Below the pieces are notes generated by a model, which was given only the letters and a program-made list of their open reading frames with translations, did no database searches and was not told where the DNA came from. A stretch of DNA of 64,000 bases from Octopus vulgaris (Eukaryota), in the NCBI GenBank assembly GCA_951406725.2, contig OX597824.1:79174001-79238000 (forward strand). The letters are read 5' to 3'. How positions within the stretch are numbered: the stretch's first letter is position 1; every line of letters begins with the position of its first letter. The translations under genes were made by a program, and so were the position numbers. This document shows positions 52,887-64,000 of the stretch, in pieces.

Positions 52887-54079
52887 CTAGAAAACAGAGA
52901 GATAGGTGGAAAATATTTTTAAAGAAGTGGTAATAAAATTTGCTTTACTAACAAGTTAGAATGATAGCTGGATAAATAAATAAATAGAAAGGTAAATAGA
53001 TACAAAAAAGATTATGTGAGAAAATACCTTTTTTTTTTTTTTTTTTTACAAAGTAATAAGTATGATTGTCTTTTGCTACCTTGAAAGGATTTTTTAATCA
53101 AAATGACTCCAGTGTGTATATATATCTATATATATATACACACACATTCTTTTACTTGTTTCAGACATTTGACTGAGGCCATGCTGGAGCACGGCTTTTA
53201 GTCGAATAAATCAACCCCAGGACTTATTCTTTGTAAGCCTAGTACTGATTCTATCAGTCTCTTTTGTTGAACTGCTAAGTTACAGAGGATGTTAACACAC
53301 CAACATCGGTTGTCAAGCAATGATGGGGGAACAAACAAAACACACACACACATATATATTATGGGCTTCTTTCAGTTTCTGTCTACCAAATCCACTCACA
53401 GGGCTTTGCTCAGCCCGAGGCTGTAGTAGAAGACACTTGCCCAAGGTGCTATGCAGTGGGACTGAACCCAGAACCTGGAACCCTTGTGTTGAAAGTCAAG
53501 TGTTAGTGCCATCTAGTGATTGCTGTTGAGCCATCAGAGTTATAAAGCAGAATAGATTCTCTAGTATGAAACAGGCTTAGTTTTAGGTTATACGACAATT
53601 GTGGCACTTTCCAAATCTTCCATAGTTTGTTGGGTGCTGATCGTGTTATTGCATTACAAATGTTAGCAATCTGTGGCAGTAAGAGCAAATACAAGAGCCA
53701 CGGTAATGGACATCAGCAACTAGCTCAATGGGCTCTGATGAAAGTGTAAGATCAGTCATACCATCATTTCCCCCAATGATTATATGCCCTATGTCTTTGA
53801 GCAGTTTATTGAGAGACCAGTTTCAATAGCAGCTGACACCAGGCTGATCAATGCCTTCTGAATGAAATTCAATCAACAGAAACTGAGCAAAAACCAGTCA
53901 ACAGAAGATCTAAATGAATACTGACATGAAAGACAACAAATCAGCACTTTTGAGCAAATACATTTTCTATATGCGATGAACTAAATGGAAAGAAACTAGC
54001 AAGTAACAATGCTTATTGTTCACGAAATTCAATATGTAATGAACAAATGAAAAATAAATTTGTTGTTCATGAAATTCAA

Positions 54080-54595
54080 TCTCTCTATATATAAACGGTT
54101 GTCTGTGTGTCTGTCAGGTTGTACCCTCACCCTGACCACGGCTTTCAACCGATTCTGATGAAACTTGACACACACATAGCCCAATGTCATAATTCAAAAC
54201 TAATGCAGCGAAAATTTTGAAAAGTTCCCCCAGTTCTGAAAAAATCGATAAATTCGACATGGGGTCGAGAATCTAAGCTTTTTATATGCAGCACATTTTC
54301 TGTTGATCCAAGGCCAAACGCTACAAGTCACTGGGTTACATTTGGGCAAACAGTGCTTCGCCCACGGTCAACTCTATGTGGGCTGTTCACGCGTTGGGAG
54401 GCGCAATGATGTTTTCAGGTTTTCGCCCAAAGGGACAGCTAGGAACATCGTATACACAGAAGTATTCGAGTAAAGAAAAGACATTGCAACCTACACATGG
54501 GCCTTCGTTCCCTAGAGGGAAAGGACTAGACTGGGATTAGTCATTGCCTACTAGGGGCTCTTACATACCCGGGCAACGCCGGGCTATGCTGCTAG
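54080..54595 (+). mobile_element. Non-autonomous Helitron retaining the PIF1-helicase C-terminus
   Basis: A|TC...CTAG|T ends, subterminal hairpin CCCGGGCAACGCCGGG; 54309-54473 encodes QGQTLQVTGLHLGKQCFAHGQLYVGCSRVG...RNIVYTEVFE*. Confidence 0.9.
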
Positions 54596-55151
54596 TATGT
54601 AATAAACAAGTGAAAAATAAATGTGCATGTAAACAAATAGAGAAAACAGCACAGATTGCTAACAATTTAGGCGCAGGAGTGGCTGTGTGGTAAGTAGCTT
54701 GCTTACCAACCACATGGTTCCGGGTTCAATCCCACTGCGTGGCACCTTGGGCAAGTGGATTTGGTAGACGGAAACTGAAAGAAGCCCGTCGTATATATGT
54801 ATATATATATATATGTGTGTATGCGTGTATGTTTGTGTGTCTGTGTTTGTCCCCCTAGCATTGCTTGACAACCGATGCTGGTGTGTTTATGTCCCCGTCA
54901 CTTAGCGGTTCGGCAAAAGAGACCGATAGAATAAGTACTGGGCTTACAAAGAATAAGTCCCGGGGTCGAGTTGCTCGACTAAAGGCGGTGCTCCAGCATG
55001 GCCGCAGTCAACTGAGTGAAACAAGTAAAAGGGAAAAAAGAGAGAGAGGTAAATAGATACATAACTGCAAAAATATTTTTGCAAAAAACAAAAATTATAA
55101 GATAACATCAAAATTGTAAACGAATATAGAAATACAAAAATAACAATATAC

Positions 55152-55329
55152 CTTTTAACCGTTGCTGCGCGCCTAGTAGTATACGACTTGCCAATTCGTA
55201 GTCTAAGAGATTTTCAACCATTTTCATTTGACTTTTCAGAGAACTCTTAGTATAAATCGGCCGGATTTTTTCAAATTCATATCCTTTTAGAGGTATTAAG
55301 TGGAAATATTCATTGCTTAATTTAGCTAT
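55152..55329 (-). CDS. PARP exon H (regulatory domain)
   Basis: ttcttacag|...G|GTATAT; 178 nt, phase 0/1; IAKLSNEYFHLIP (compare PARP1 LSNRFYTLIP)...MVENLLDYELASRILL. Confidence 0.88.
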
Positions 55330-55885
55330 CTGTAAGAAAATAGAAAACAGGCAAATATAACACTAGGAAGTGATTGTGTTAAATCATTTGGTTGGTTTTA
55401 CTTGACGCTTTTGTTACCATATTATATACCATATTGCCAATGAAAGACACTGCTTTTATTTCAATTAATATTTGAAAATAATGAAGAATTTAGTAAAATA
55501 ATTGTCATTAATTTATCTAGTGTTTGGAACATAACATGAAATTTTGATCAGAAGGGTTTCTTTTGTATAAAGTCTACCAGCCAAGTTAACTATGGCGAAA
55601 TTTTAAATCACAATGCAAAGAGACCAAAACTAAGGCTGTAAGTCATGTAGTCTGGTGTTCTTACAGACGTGCCAACCCACTGTCCTAGATTGATACTTTA
55701 TTTTGTCAACAATCCCCCAAAAAGGGGCAAAAAGACCAATTGACCTTGGCGGAATGTGCTGTCAAAATGAATACCACAAGAGATTGACACTAATGATTCT
55801 GTCAACTTGCTGCCTTAATAGGAAGAAGATAACTGTGTCGTTGAAAAGACAAGAAGTGAAGAAATCAGGTTGTCAGCTGTACTTT

Positions 55886-56540
55886 CATCATCGTTTAACA
55901 TCCGCTTTCCATGCTAGCATGGGTTGGACGATTTTGACTGAGGGCTGGCGAACCAGATGGCTGCACCAGGCTCCAATCTTGATTTGTCAGAGTTTCTACA
56001 GCTGGATACCCTTCCTAACACCAACCACTCTGTGAGTGTAGTGGGTGCTTTTTACATGCCACCGGCACAGGCGCCAGTCAGGCGGTACTGGCAATGACCT
56101 CACTCGAATCTTTTTACACTTGCCACTGGCGCATGTGCCAGTAAGGCGATGTTGGTAACGATCACACTCGAATGGTGCCCTTTTACATGCCACTGGCACG
56201 GAAGCCAGTTGGCTGCTCTAGCAGCGATCACGCTTGGGTGGTGCTCTTGGCACCCTACTAGCACGGGCACAAGTGCCAGTAAGGCGTCGCTGGTAACGAT
56301 CACACTCGAATGGTGCCCTTTTATGTGCCACTAGCACGGACGCCGGTTAGCCGTTCTGTCAACGATCACACTCGTATGGTGCTCTTTGCACCCCGCTAGC
56401 GCGGATGCCAGTCATCGAATTTGATTTTGATTTCACTTGCCTCAACAGGTCTTCACAAGCAGAGTTTAGTGATCAAAGAAGGAAAAGGTATGCATAAGCA
56501 GGCTGGTTACGCTCCCGGCATAGGCCACAGGTTATGGTCT
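55886..56540 (-). mobile_element. SINE-like family C with (GAT)n tail and internal tandem units
   Basis: GGAAGGG(C/T)ATCCAGCYGTAGAAA domain and CGGAYGTTAAACGATGATG tail; copies 1957-2201(+), 48725-49112(+), 52136-52570(-), 57845-57992(-). Confidence 0.75.
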
Positions 56541-56784
56541 CATTTGGCTTGCTGGGAAACCAATCACATCAGGCCCAAATGTTCTACATTTGTTTAGACC
56601 AGCCAGATACAGCCTCTTACACTTACCCTACAATGTCATTCTAAAAATAAACAATCATATTGAAATCTCAAAACTACGAGATAATGTATGATTAATTCAA
56701 AACAATGTGAATAAATAAGCATTACAGTTGACAGAGTAATCTGAATGCTAAAAGGATATGTCTGAAATTTTAAGAAAAACTTAC

Positions 56785-56860
56785 TTTTTCACAGTTCTTT
56801 TGGTATTCTTCGTTTGGTCCAGTAGAGGGTTTTGATTTATCAATCATTTCAATAAGCTCC
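56785..56860 (-). CDS. PARP exon G
   Basis: ttccatcag|...AAA|GTAAGT; 76 nt, phase 2/0; ELIEMIDKSKPSTGPNEEYQKNCEK. Confidence 0.8.
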
Positions 56861-58178
56861 CTGATGGAAAATTAGAAAATAAACAGGTATTGAACTTGTA
56901 ATGAAATTATCCACAATTCAATAACTCAAGAACAGTACTTTAACAAAAAAAAAAAAAAAGTCCTTTTTTTTTTTTTTGATATTTTTGGTATATCTTTGAC
57001 AATATTTCATTTTTGGATTTGGTTTGCAAAATTCTTTATATGAGTTCGTGAGTTGAAGCATATTCTGTTGTGTCTGGGGAGAAGTCATTTTCTTTTTGTG
57101 CCTTATAATGAAAGTCAAGACTATTGAAAAGGTTGCAAGATGCAACGGAAATTTTAAGAAAATAAAAATAAGAAATAAGTGGAGATTTTACTGGTGAGTG
57201 TGTTACATTATAAGGCACAAAAAGAAAATGACTCTCCCCAGACACAACAAAATCTTTGTCAAAGTCAGGAGGTATGCAAATACTGTAGAGAAATTGCTGT
57301 CAGCAAAGTGAACACTGCCAATCAATTAACTGATCAGTGACATACTCAGTGATGACAAAGAATGAGTCAAAAACTGAACAGGCAAAGAAATTGAGCTTAT
57401 CTGAATAATTATCTGACTTATATCTTGTTCAGAGATTTATTATTGTATAGTAGTTAAAATAACAAAAACCCACCACACAACAAAAAGCCCAGTGTCAATC
57501 GAACCAATCATTAGTACTGTGCAACACAATTTTTGTCCTTGGATAGCAACTGTTATTGTCTATTTGCTTACCCCCTAGAAAGTAGGAAAAATGGTTAATT
57601 TTTTCTTTCAGACTTTGCTTTTGTTACATTTATTCAAACCCCAAAGATTCGTTCTCAACACAGGGCTATGACGCTCTTCCACTACTCCTGCTCATGATCA
57701 GAAATGAACATATTGTCAGCCACTGAGGAACATGCTCAAGTGGTTACGATCAAGCAACTGACAAGCAAGTCTGTGGTATTAAGCAGAATATTTGCAATAA
57801 CGATATTTCTGCTTCAGCAAGTAAGCACTGAATCTGTCTGAAATCATCATCATCATTTAGCGTCCGTTTTCCATGCTAGCATGGGTTGGACGGTTCAACT
57901 GGGGTCTGTGAAGCCGGAAGGCTTCATCAGGCCCAGTCAGATCTGGCAGTGTTTCTACGGCTGGATGCCCTTCCTAACGCCAACCACTCCGTGTAATGGG
58001 AAATAGGACAGTTTCAAAACGTTGATGTCCAGGTCACAAAAGCAAAATTTAGAGGGAATAGTAGTAATTTCCTTTGATAATAGCAAATAGGAAATGACAC
58101 TTGCTGACCAAAGACAAAAAAAAAATGTTGCACAGTGAAATATCGATAATCAATTAAACAGCAAAAAGGAATACAAAC

Positions 58179-58300
58179 TTGAGTTTATGTAAAATGTCCA
58201 AGCCTTCAATTAAAGCAGGTTTTTTAATTTGTCCGAATGGCATGATCTCAGCATCCACTCCACACAGGCCATATGCTGTAGACAGCATCTTTACATTGCT
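58179..58300 (-). CDS. PARP exon F (regulatory/helical domain)
   Basis: ctttcag|...AA|GTTTGT; 122 nt, phase 0/2; SNVKML...IMPFGQIKKPALIEGLDILHKL (compare PARP1 MPLGKLS). Confidence 0.85.
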
Positions 58301-58844
58301 CTGAAAGGATAAACAAAATAAAACAAAATGAATAAAATAAACAAACACAGCATCCCAAAAAGACATAATGCCTTCATGAAAATATTATAAATTTAAAAGA
58401 CCTAGAGTATGTCCTGGCACATAACCACTAGCTCTCTCTCTCTCCTTCTCTCTCGCACTCTTTCCAGCTGGGGTAGTCGTGTACCTCCTCCACATCTCTC
58501 TGTCATACTCTAACCTCTCATCACCTGGTACAAAGCCACTGCCCTCAATACCACTCTCCACTTTTAGTAAAGGGATCTTTGTCTTGCAAGTCATCAAGTG
58601 ACCTCACAGGTGTTTTTGCCATGTAAAAAGTACCCAGTCTAGTCTGTAAAAGTGGCTGGCATTAGGAAGGGCACACAGTAGTAAAAACCATGCCAAAGCA
58701 GACAGGGAGCTTGGACTAATACCAGAAGACATCCAGTTTGGTCACTGTTTCTAATAAAAAGGGAATAAAAGTAGAAAGGAGGTTCACCTCTTGTGTAACA
58801 AAAACAAAATTTAAATAAGATAAATAAAATACGAAGTTCCTTAC

Positions 58845-58989
58845 CAACTCTTTAATGAGTTCTTGTAACCGTGGAGGAAGCTTTGAGGGTAATTCAGAAT
58901 TGAGATCAAAATTTATCTTGGTTTTCTTCATACATTTTTGGCGTTCTTCGGTTTCTACGAGGCGATATTTTTTGGGGTGATTCTTGAAT
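58845..58989 (-). CDS. PARP exon E (WGR end / regulatory domain start)
   Basis: tttcag|...TTG|GTAAGG; 145 nt, phase 2/0; FKNHPKKYRLV...SKLPPRLQELIKEL. Confidence 0.88.
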
Positions 58990-59124
58990 CTGAAATGAAG
59001 AACACAAGATTACAGTCACAACACGGCAACGATTATAATTTGTTTCTTCTGAAAGAAAAAAAAAGGGATAAAAATAAATAAATAAAAAAAAACAATGCCT
59101 AGAAAAAAACACTATTAAACTTAC

Positions 59125-59294
59125 GCTTTGACTTTGTTCCAGTCATTGCCTGTTTTCGATTTAAAGACTTTGCAAAATTCTTTAACAGCATCCTCAATTA
59201 CAGCAAAAGGTGTGTGCTGGAATTGACCTCTGTCTCCAATACGACCCCAACGTGTGAACAAAATATATATGTCCTTGTCTTTTTGTCGTACAAT
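59125..59294 (-). CDS. PARP exon D (WGR motif)
   Basis: ttgtag|...|GTAAGT; 170 nt, phase 0/2; IVRQKDKDIYILFTRWGRIGDRGQFQHTPFAVIEDAVKEFCKVFKSKTGNDW. Confidence 0.92.
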
Positions 59295-60571
59295 CTACAA
59301 TAAAAGAGGTGAATAATATTATAAAACATAATGGCTTCATAACTTGGCACAAGGCCAGCAATTTCAAGGAAGTGGGTAAATCAATTACATCAACTCCAGT
59401 ACTCCACTGGTACTTATTTTATTGATCCCGAGAGAATAAAAAGCAAAGCGATCTCAGAGGAATCTGAAGTCAGAATGTAAAGGGGGACAAAATACTGACA
59501 ATTCTGTCAGCTCACCAGCTTATAATATCACATAATATAATAACATCACAGCTTGCTTATGAACCACATAGTTCCAGGTTCAGTCCCACTGCGTGACACC
59601 TTGGACAAGTGTCTTCTACTATAACCTCGGGCCAACCAAAGCCTTGTGAGTGGATTTGGTAGATGGAAACTGAAAGAAGCCCGTCATGTATATGTATATA
59701 TATATATATGTGTGTGTGTCTCTGTATATGTTTGTGTGTCTGTGATTGTCCCCCCAACATCGCTTGACAACCGATGCTGTTGTGTTTACACCCCTGTAAC
59801 TTAGTGGTTCGGCAAAAGAGACCGATAGAATAAGTACTAGGCTTACAAAGAATAAGTCTTGGGGTTGATTATTTTGCCTGGTAATAGGTGAGCGTCAGCA
59901 ACAAGAAGGGTATCTGATCATTGAAAACCTGCCATGACAAATTCTGTCTGATCCATGCAAGCAAGAAAAAGTGAATGTTAAATTATGATGCCACTCGTGA
60001 AAAAAAACCCTCTTAGGTGTACATTCTTATAACAAAAGAATGTAAAGATGGCATAATTGTTTACAGTGCAAAATCAAAGAATTTGCTGAAAAGAGCACCT
60101 TTGAAGCCTCTAGGAAATTTGATGTTGTTGAGAACAACATTAGGGTTATAGAGGCAACTAGAAACATAACTAAATGGAACATGGAAGTGAAAAATGGGCA
60201 TTGAATGCAGAACAAGTGTAAAGGTTGGAAATAAGAGAGTACTATGGTAAATGTGTAATGCTAGCATGAACAAATGAGCTGAGAGGGAAGGAAAATGAGC
60301 ACCAGAGGAATTGACTGCACTACTGCAGATATGAGATACATAAAGGATGACGGTAGGCCCAAGTGCCGAAACATATACATGGGAGAAGCCAACAGGAGAA
60401 GAAGACATGAGAAGAAGAGGTAAAAGTAGTAATAAGCTACTCATCCGACTCATGCTAGCAGAGAAATTTGGATGTAAACATCAAACACTACATTAGAAAA
60501 AAAATTGTAAATCATTGATTTGCAATCTTTTATTCAAAATTCAAGTCAGAAAAAAATGATTTAGAACTTAC

Positions 60572-60677
60572 CTGCATTTTATAAAAATTATACATTCCCC
60601 ATACACCACAGCAGACATCTACTTTGGTTAGTAGAATATCGTAAGGTAAATTTTGGTTTGTATCATACACGATTTCA
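60572..60677 (-). CDS. PARP exon C (WGR domain N-part)
   Basis: ttgcag|T GAA...ATG CAG|GTAAGT; 106 nt, phase 2/0; YDILLTKVDVCCGVWGMYNFYKMQ. Confidence 0.88.
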
Positions 60678-60995
60678 CTGCAATAAACAAATGGGACAGT
60701 TTTCATCATCATCATCATCATCATTTAGCGTCCGCTTTCCATGCTAGCATGGATTGGACAAATAATATAATAATATAATTCTCTCTACTCTAAGCTCAAG
60801 GCCTGCAATTTTAGGAAAGGAAGTAGTCAATTATATTGGCCTCAGAGGTTAACTGGTAAGTATTTTATCAATTGCAAAGCAATGAAAGGCAAAGTCAACC
60901 TCAGTGGAATTTGAACTCAGAACATAACAACCAGAAGAAATGCCACTCAGTATTTTGCCTGATGTGCTAAGAATTCTGCCAGCTCGCAACCTTAA

Positions 60996-61217
60996 CCCTT
61001 TCGTTACTGTATTTATTTTGAGATGATCTGTGTTTCTCTCAATCATTTTAGATATAACAAAGAATTTAGTAAAATAACTAAGTTATCATTAAGCTAGTGT
61101 CAGAAACCATTAATTGTGACTAAGGTTTGGTGGAAGCTTTTAATTCAAAACTTAAGAAAACAAGACAGTTGTACTACAGAGCCAGAGCCAGTTTCAACCG
61201 GGCAGGTAACAAAAGGG
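60996..61217. mobile_element. piggyBac-type MITE (TTAA TSD)
   Basis: TTAA|CCCTTTCGTTAC...GTAACAAAAGGG|TTAA; opposite-orientation copy at 47430-47640. Confidence 0.75.
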
Positions 61218-61477
61218 TTAATATTATTAATAATTAATAATAATTTCTCAGACTCAAGGCCACTATTTTTAAAATGAGTATAGACAATTTAATTCACCCC
61301 AATACATTTTTGATATTTCACATAAAGGGGTCAAAATTGTAATCACTGATGAATCGTATCTGTATATACACTGAGAAAGATACAACTATTTAATGTCTGA
61401 ATCAAGATTTACAAAAACATTATATACTCTACATTTGAAATGTATTAAAGCTCTGCATTGAGCCCAAATATACTTAC

Positions 61478-61656
61478 CCACTTGCTTTAATATTGCAATT
61501 AGCGTCAGGTACAGGTTTGTTATCTCTATCATTGCATGTAGCAGCATTTTGATTCAGCAGAACCACCATAGATTGACTATCTTCTTCAAAGTTTACAGTT
61601 GGCAATGAGCTGATTAACGTATCAGTTTCACCTAAGCATGTAAAAGTTGGTTTCTC
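61478..61656 (-). CDS. PARP exon B (linker)
   Basis: ttttctttcgaag|GAG...AGT GG|GTAAGT; 179 nt, phase 0/2; EKPTFTCLGETD...NCNIKAS. Confidence 0.8.
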
Positions 61657-62635
61657 CTTCGAAAGAAAAAAAAAAAACAATGAAAATTAAATAAAAAAAA
61701 AAAACAGAATTGATGAGACTACAAAATAATGAGACAACATAAGAGATTAGCAGTTACCCAACTTGCAAGGAAAAAAATCTGAACCTTTCTTAAATCATGA
61801 ACTGCCATCTTAGTTTTAAATTACAAAACACACACGTTCACATATATATTTCTTTACTACCCACAAGGGGCTAAACATAGAGGGGACAAACAAGGACGGA
61901 CAAACAGATTAAGTCGATTACATCGACCCAGTGCGAAACTGGTACTTTATTTATCGACCCCGAGAGGATGAAAGGCAAAGTCGACCTCGGCGGAATTTGA
62001 ACTCAGAACGTAACGACAAACAAAATACGGCTATGCATTTCACCCGGCGTGCTAACATTTCTGCCAGCTCGCCACCTTATACATACATATACACATTCAT
62101 GAATAAATAACGCCTTCATTAATTTTTAAATACCTGTCTAGCGGCAGGTATTTAAAGGGAAAAGTTTGACAAGTCAGTCAGTCACCCGCTGACACTCACT
62201 GACGATACATCGAAGAGGCCAGGGAACAGAAGAAAGAAGACATGCACCCAACACCAGAGCTGTAGACACCTCCGAAAGGGGGAGCCCCGCCACGTCAAAA
62301 CGGTAGAGGAGTAGGGGCCGAAACCGGACGTGGTTCCTCCTGATGATGTCTTGAGCTAACTGGATCCTATAAAGGAGCTGTTGTGGTAGCAGACCACAAA
62401 ACACAGTTGTAATTCCCTTACATTAAATTAAAACCCATGTTTCTGATTTATTCATAAAAAGTAAATTGCATTTATATCATTGAACAAAATTAATCCTAGT
62501 AGGTTTGTTTGTTTTAGATTTATTCTAAGGCAGACAAAAGCTGTGTTAAAATGGCTACCCCAAGGCAGAATGAATTTTTTTCTCTATTTGCTAGGTCCAG
62601 AGGAACTGATAGTGTCCATGACCTTGTAAGCTCTC

Positions 62636-62890
62636 CTTAGTTAAGTTAAGTTAATTTTTTGGCCCAAAAAGCAAAAGCAAGGCCATGTAGGGGGACATGG
62701 AGTTATGTACAGGGAGGGTGTTCATGCAAAGAGTTGAGGCCATTTCTGGTCAAGGGAGTCTTTGAACCAAGCGGTCGTCGGCAGCTTATTCCACGGATCC
62801 GCAACCCAGACGGAGAAAGCCCCTCTCCTTCGATTGAGATGAAATCGGCGCAGAATAGTGAGGCACAGCTTTTGGATATATACATGTTCA
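62636..62890 (-). mobile_element. CR1-group LINE 3' fragment
   Basis: LRRFHLNRRRGAFSVWVADPWNKLP; short (TTAAC)n tail. Confidence 0.6.
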
Positions 62891-63625
62891 GGGAGTGTGC
62901 AATGCAGCAGTGTTTTCTTGACACTTCTGTGAAAAAAAACATGCCTGACTATGGAAAATATGATGTTACTTGGAAACAGGTGAAGGCTGGCAGAAACAGC
63001 AGCCGACCATAGAAAATCTGCCACAACAAATATCTATTTCATTACTACCCACAAGAGGTTACACACAGAGGGAACAGACAGACAAATGGATTAAGTTGAT
63101 TACATCAACCCCAGTGCGTAACTGGTACTTAATTTATCGATCCCTGAAAGGATGAAAGGCAAAGTCGACCTCGGTGGAATTTGAACTCAGAACGTAACGG
63201 CAGACGAAATACGGCTACGCATTTCGCCAGGCGTGCTAACGTTTCTGCCAGCTCGCCGTCTTTCACAAATCTGCCACAACAAATATCTATTTCTTTACTA
63301 CCCACAAGGGGCTAAACACAGAGAGGATAAACAAGGACAGACAAATGGATTAAGTCGATTATATCAACCCCAGTGCGTAACTGGTACTTATTTAATCGAC
63401 CCCGAAAGGATGAAAGGCAAAGTCGACCTCGGCGGAATTTGAACTCAGAGCGTAGCGACAGACGAAATACCACTAAGCATTTCGCCCGGCGTGATAACGT
63501 TTCTGCCAGCTCGCTGCCACAACAAATATCATCCAACAGACATCACATGATCGTCATTATCAATGACAGCAAAGTTATATAGAAGACGAAAAACAAAAAC
63601 AGCAGAAACGTCTTGAGGTACTTAC

Positions 63626-63894
63626 CCATTTATCTCGCTCAACATTTGTAAGTTTCTGCAGCATACGAGCTAGTCTAGGTGCTCCATTCATCAAAGTATG
63701 CTTCAAGGGAGATAAGCCAGCAGTATCTTCATATTCTAGGGGTGCACCAGCTTTGAAGAGCACATACAGGATTTCATCATTATCATAGGTACCATACTCA
63801 AGAGGGCATACAAGATGATGTAGGACGGTCCGTCCATCATTGTCAGTGTAGTTCAAATTCACACTACTGGTCTTCTCAACCGTAGGGATATTGT
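63626..63894 (-). CDS. Ankyrin-WGR-PARP (PME-5/tankyrase-like) exon A: ankyrin repeats; gene continues beyond the window end
   Basis: ttgtttcag| ... TGG|GTAAGT; DNDGRTVLHHLV...LFKAGA...DTAGLSPLKHTLMNG ankyrin-like motifs; phase 1 in, phase 0 out. Confidence 0.85.
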
Positions 63895-64000
63895 CTGAAA
63901 CAAGAGATAGGATTAAATTTTAGGAAATTTTTAGACTAATTCTGAACAAAATCCATACCTACATAAATTAGAATTCATTCATACATTTAATGTGCATTTC

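Overview
Eukaryotic, AT-rich, microsatellite- and transposon-dense DNA. The SINE and microsatellite landscape looks like an octopus/coleoid cephalopod genome (inference). Nearly all ORFs in the supplied track are microsatellite or SINE artefacts. Two real spliced genes were rebuilt by hand, both on the minus strand with GT-AG introns and consistent phases. (1) A complete 3-exon claudin/PMP22-superfamily tetraspan gene (21888->8056, 197 aa). (2) The last 12 coding exons (~630 aa) of an ankyrin + WGR + PARP-regulatory + PARP-catalytic (H-Y-E) poly(ADP-ribose) polymerase of the PME-5/'tankyrase-like' type (63894->46441; its 5' end lies beyond the window). The rest is mobile DNA: an IR/DR Tc1 transposon, twin mariner deletion derivatives, Helitrons (one retaining the PIF1 helicase C-terminus), TTAA/TA MITEs, R4/Dong-, RTE- and CR1-type LINE fragments and at least four SINE families. 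The least obvious signals are several minimal type-I hammerhead ribozyme motifs of the Penelope/retrozyme kind (one in sense orientation inside the claudin-like intron), a Meta-domain-like SINE that forms 185-bp tandem arrays and repeatedly joins a G(A/G)TATTT motif, a 230-bp LINE fold-back, and two unusual minisatellites. No prokaryote-type system (CRISPR etc.) is supported.
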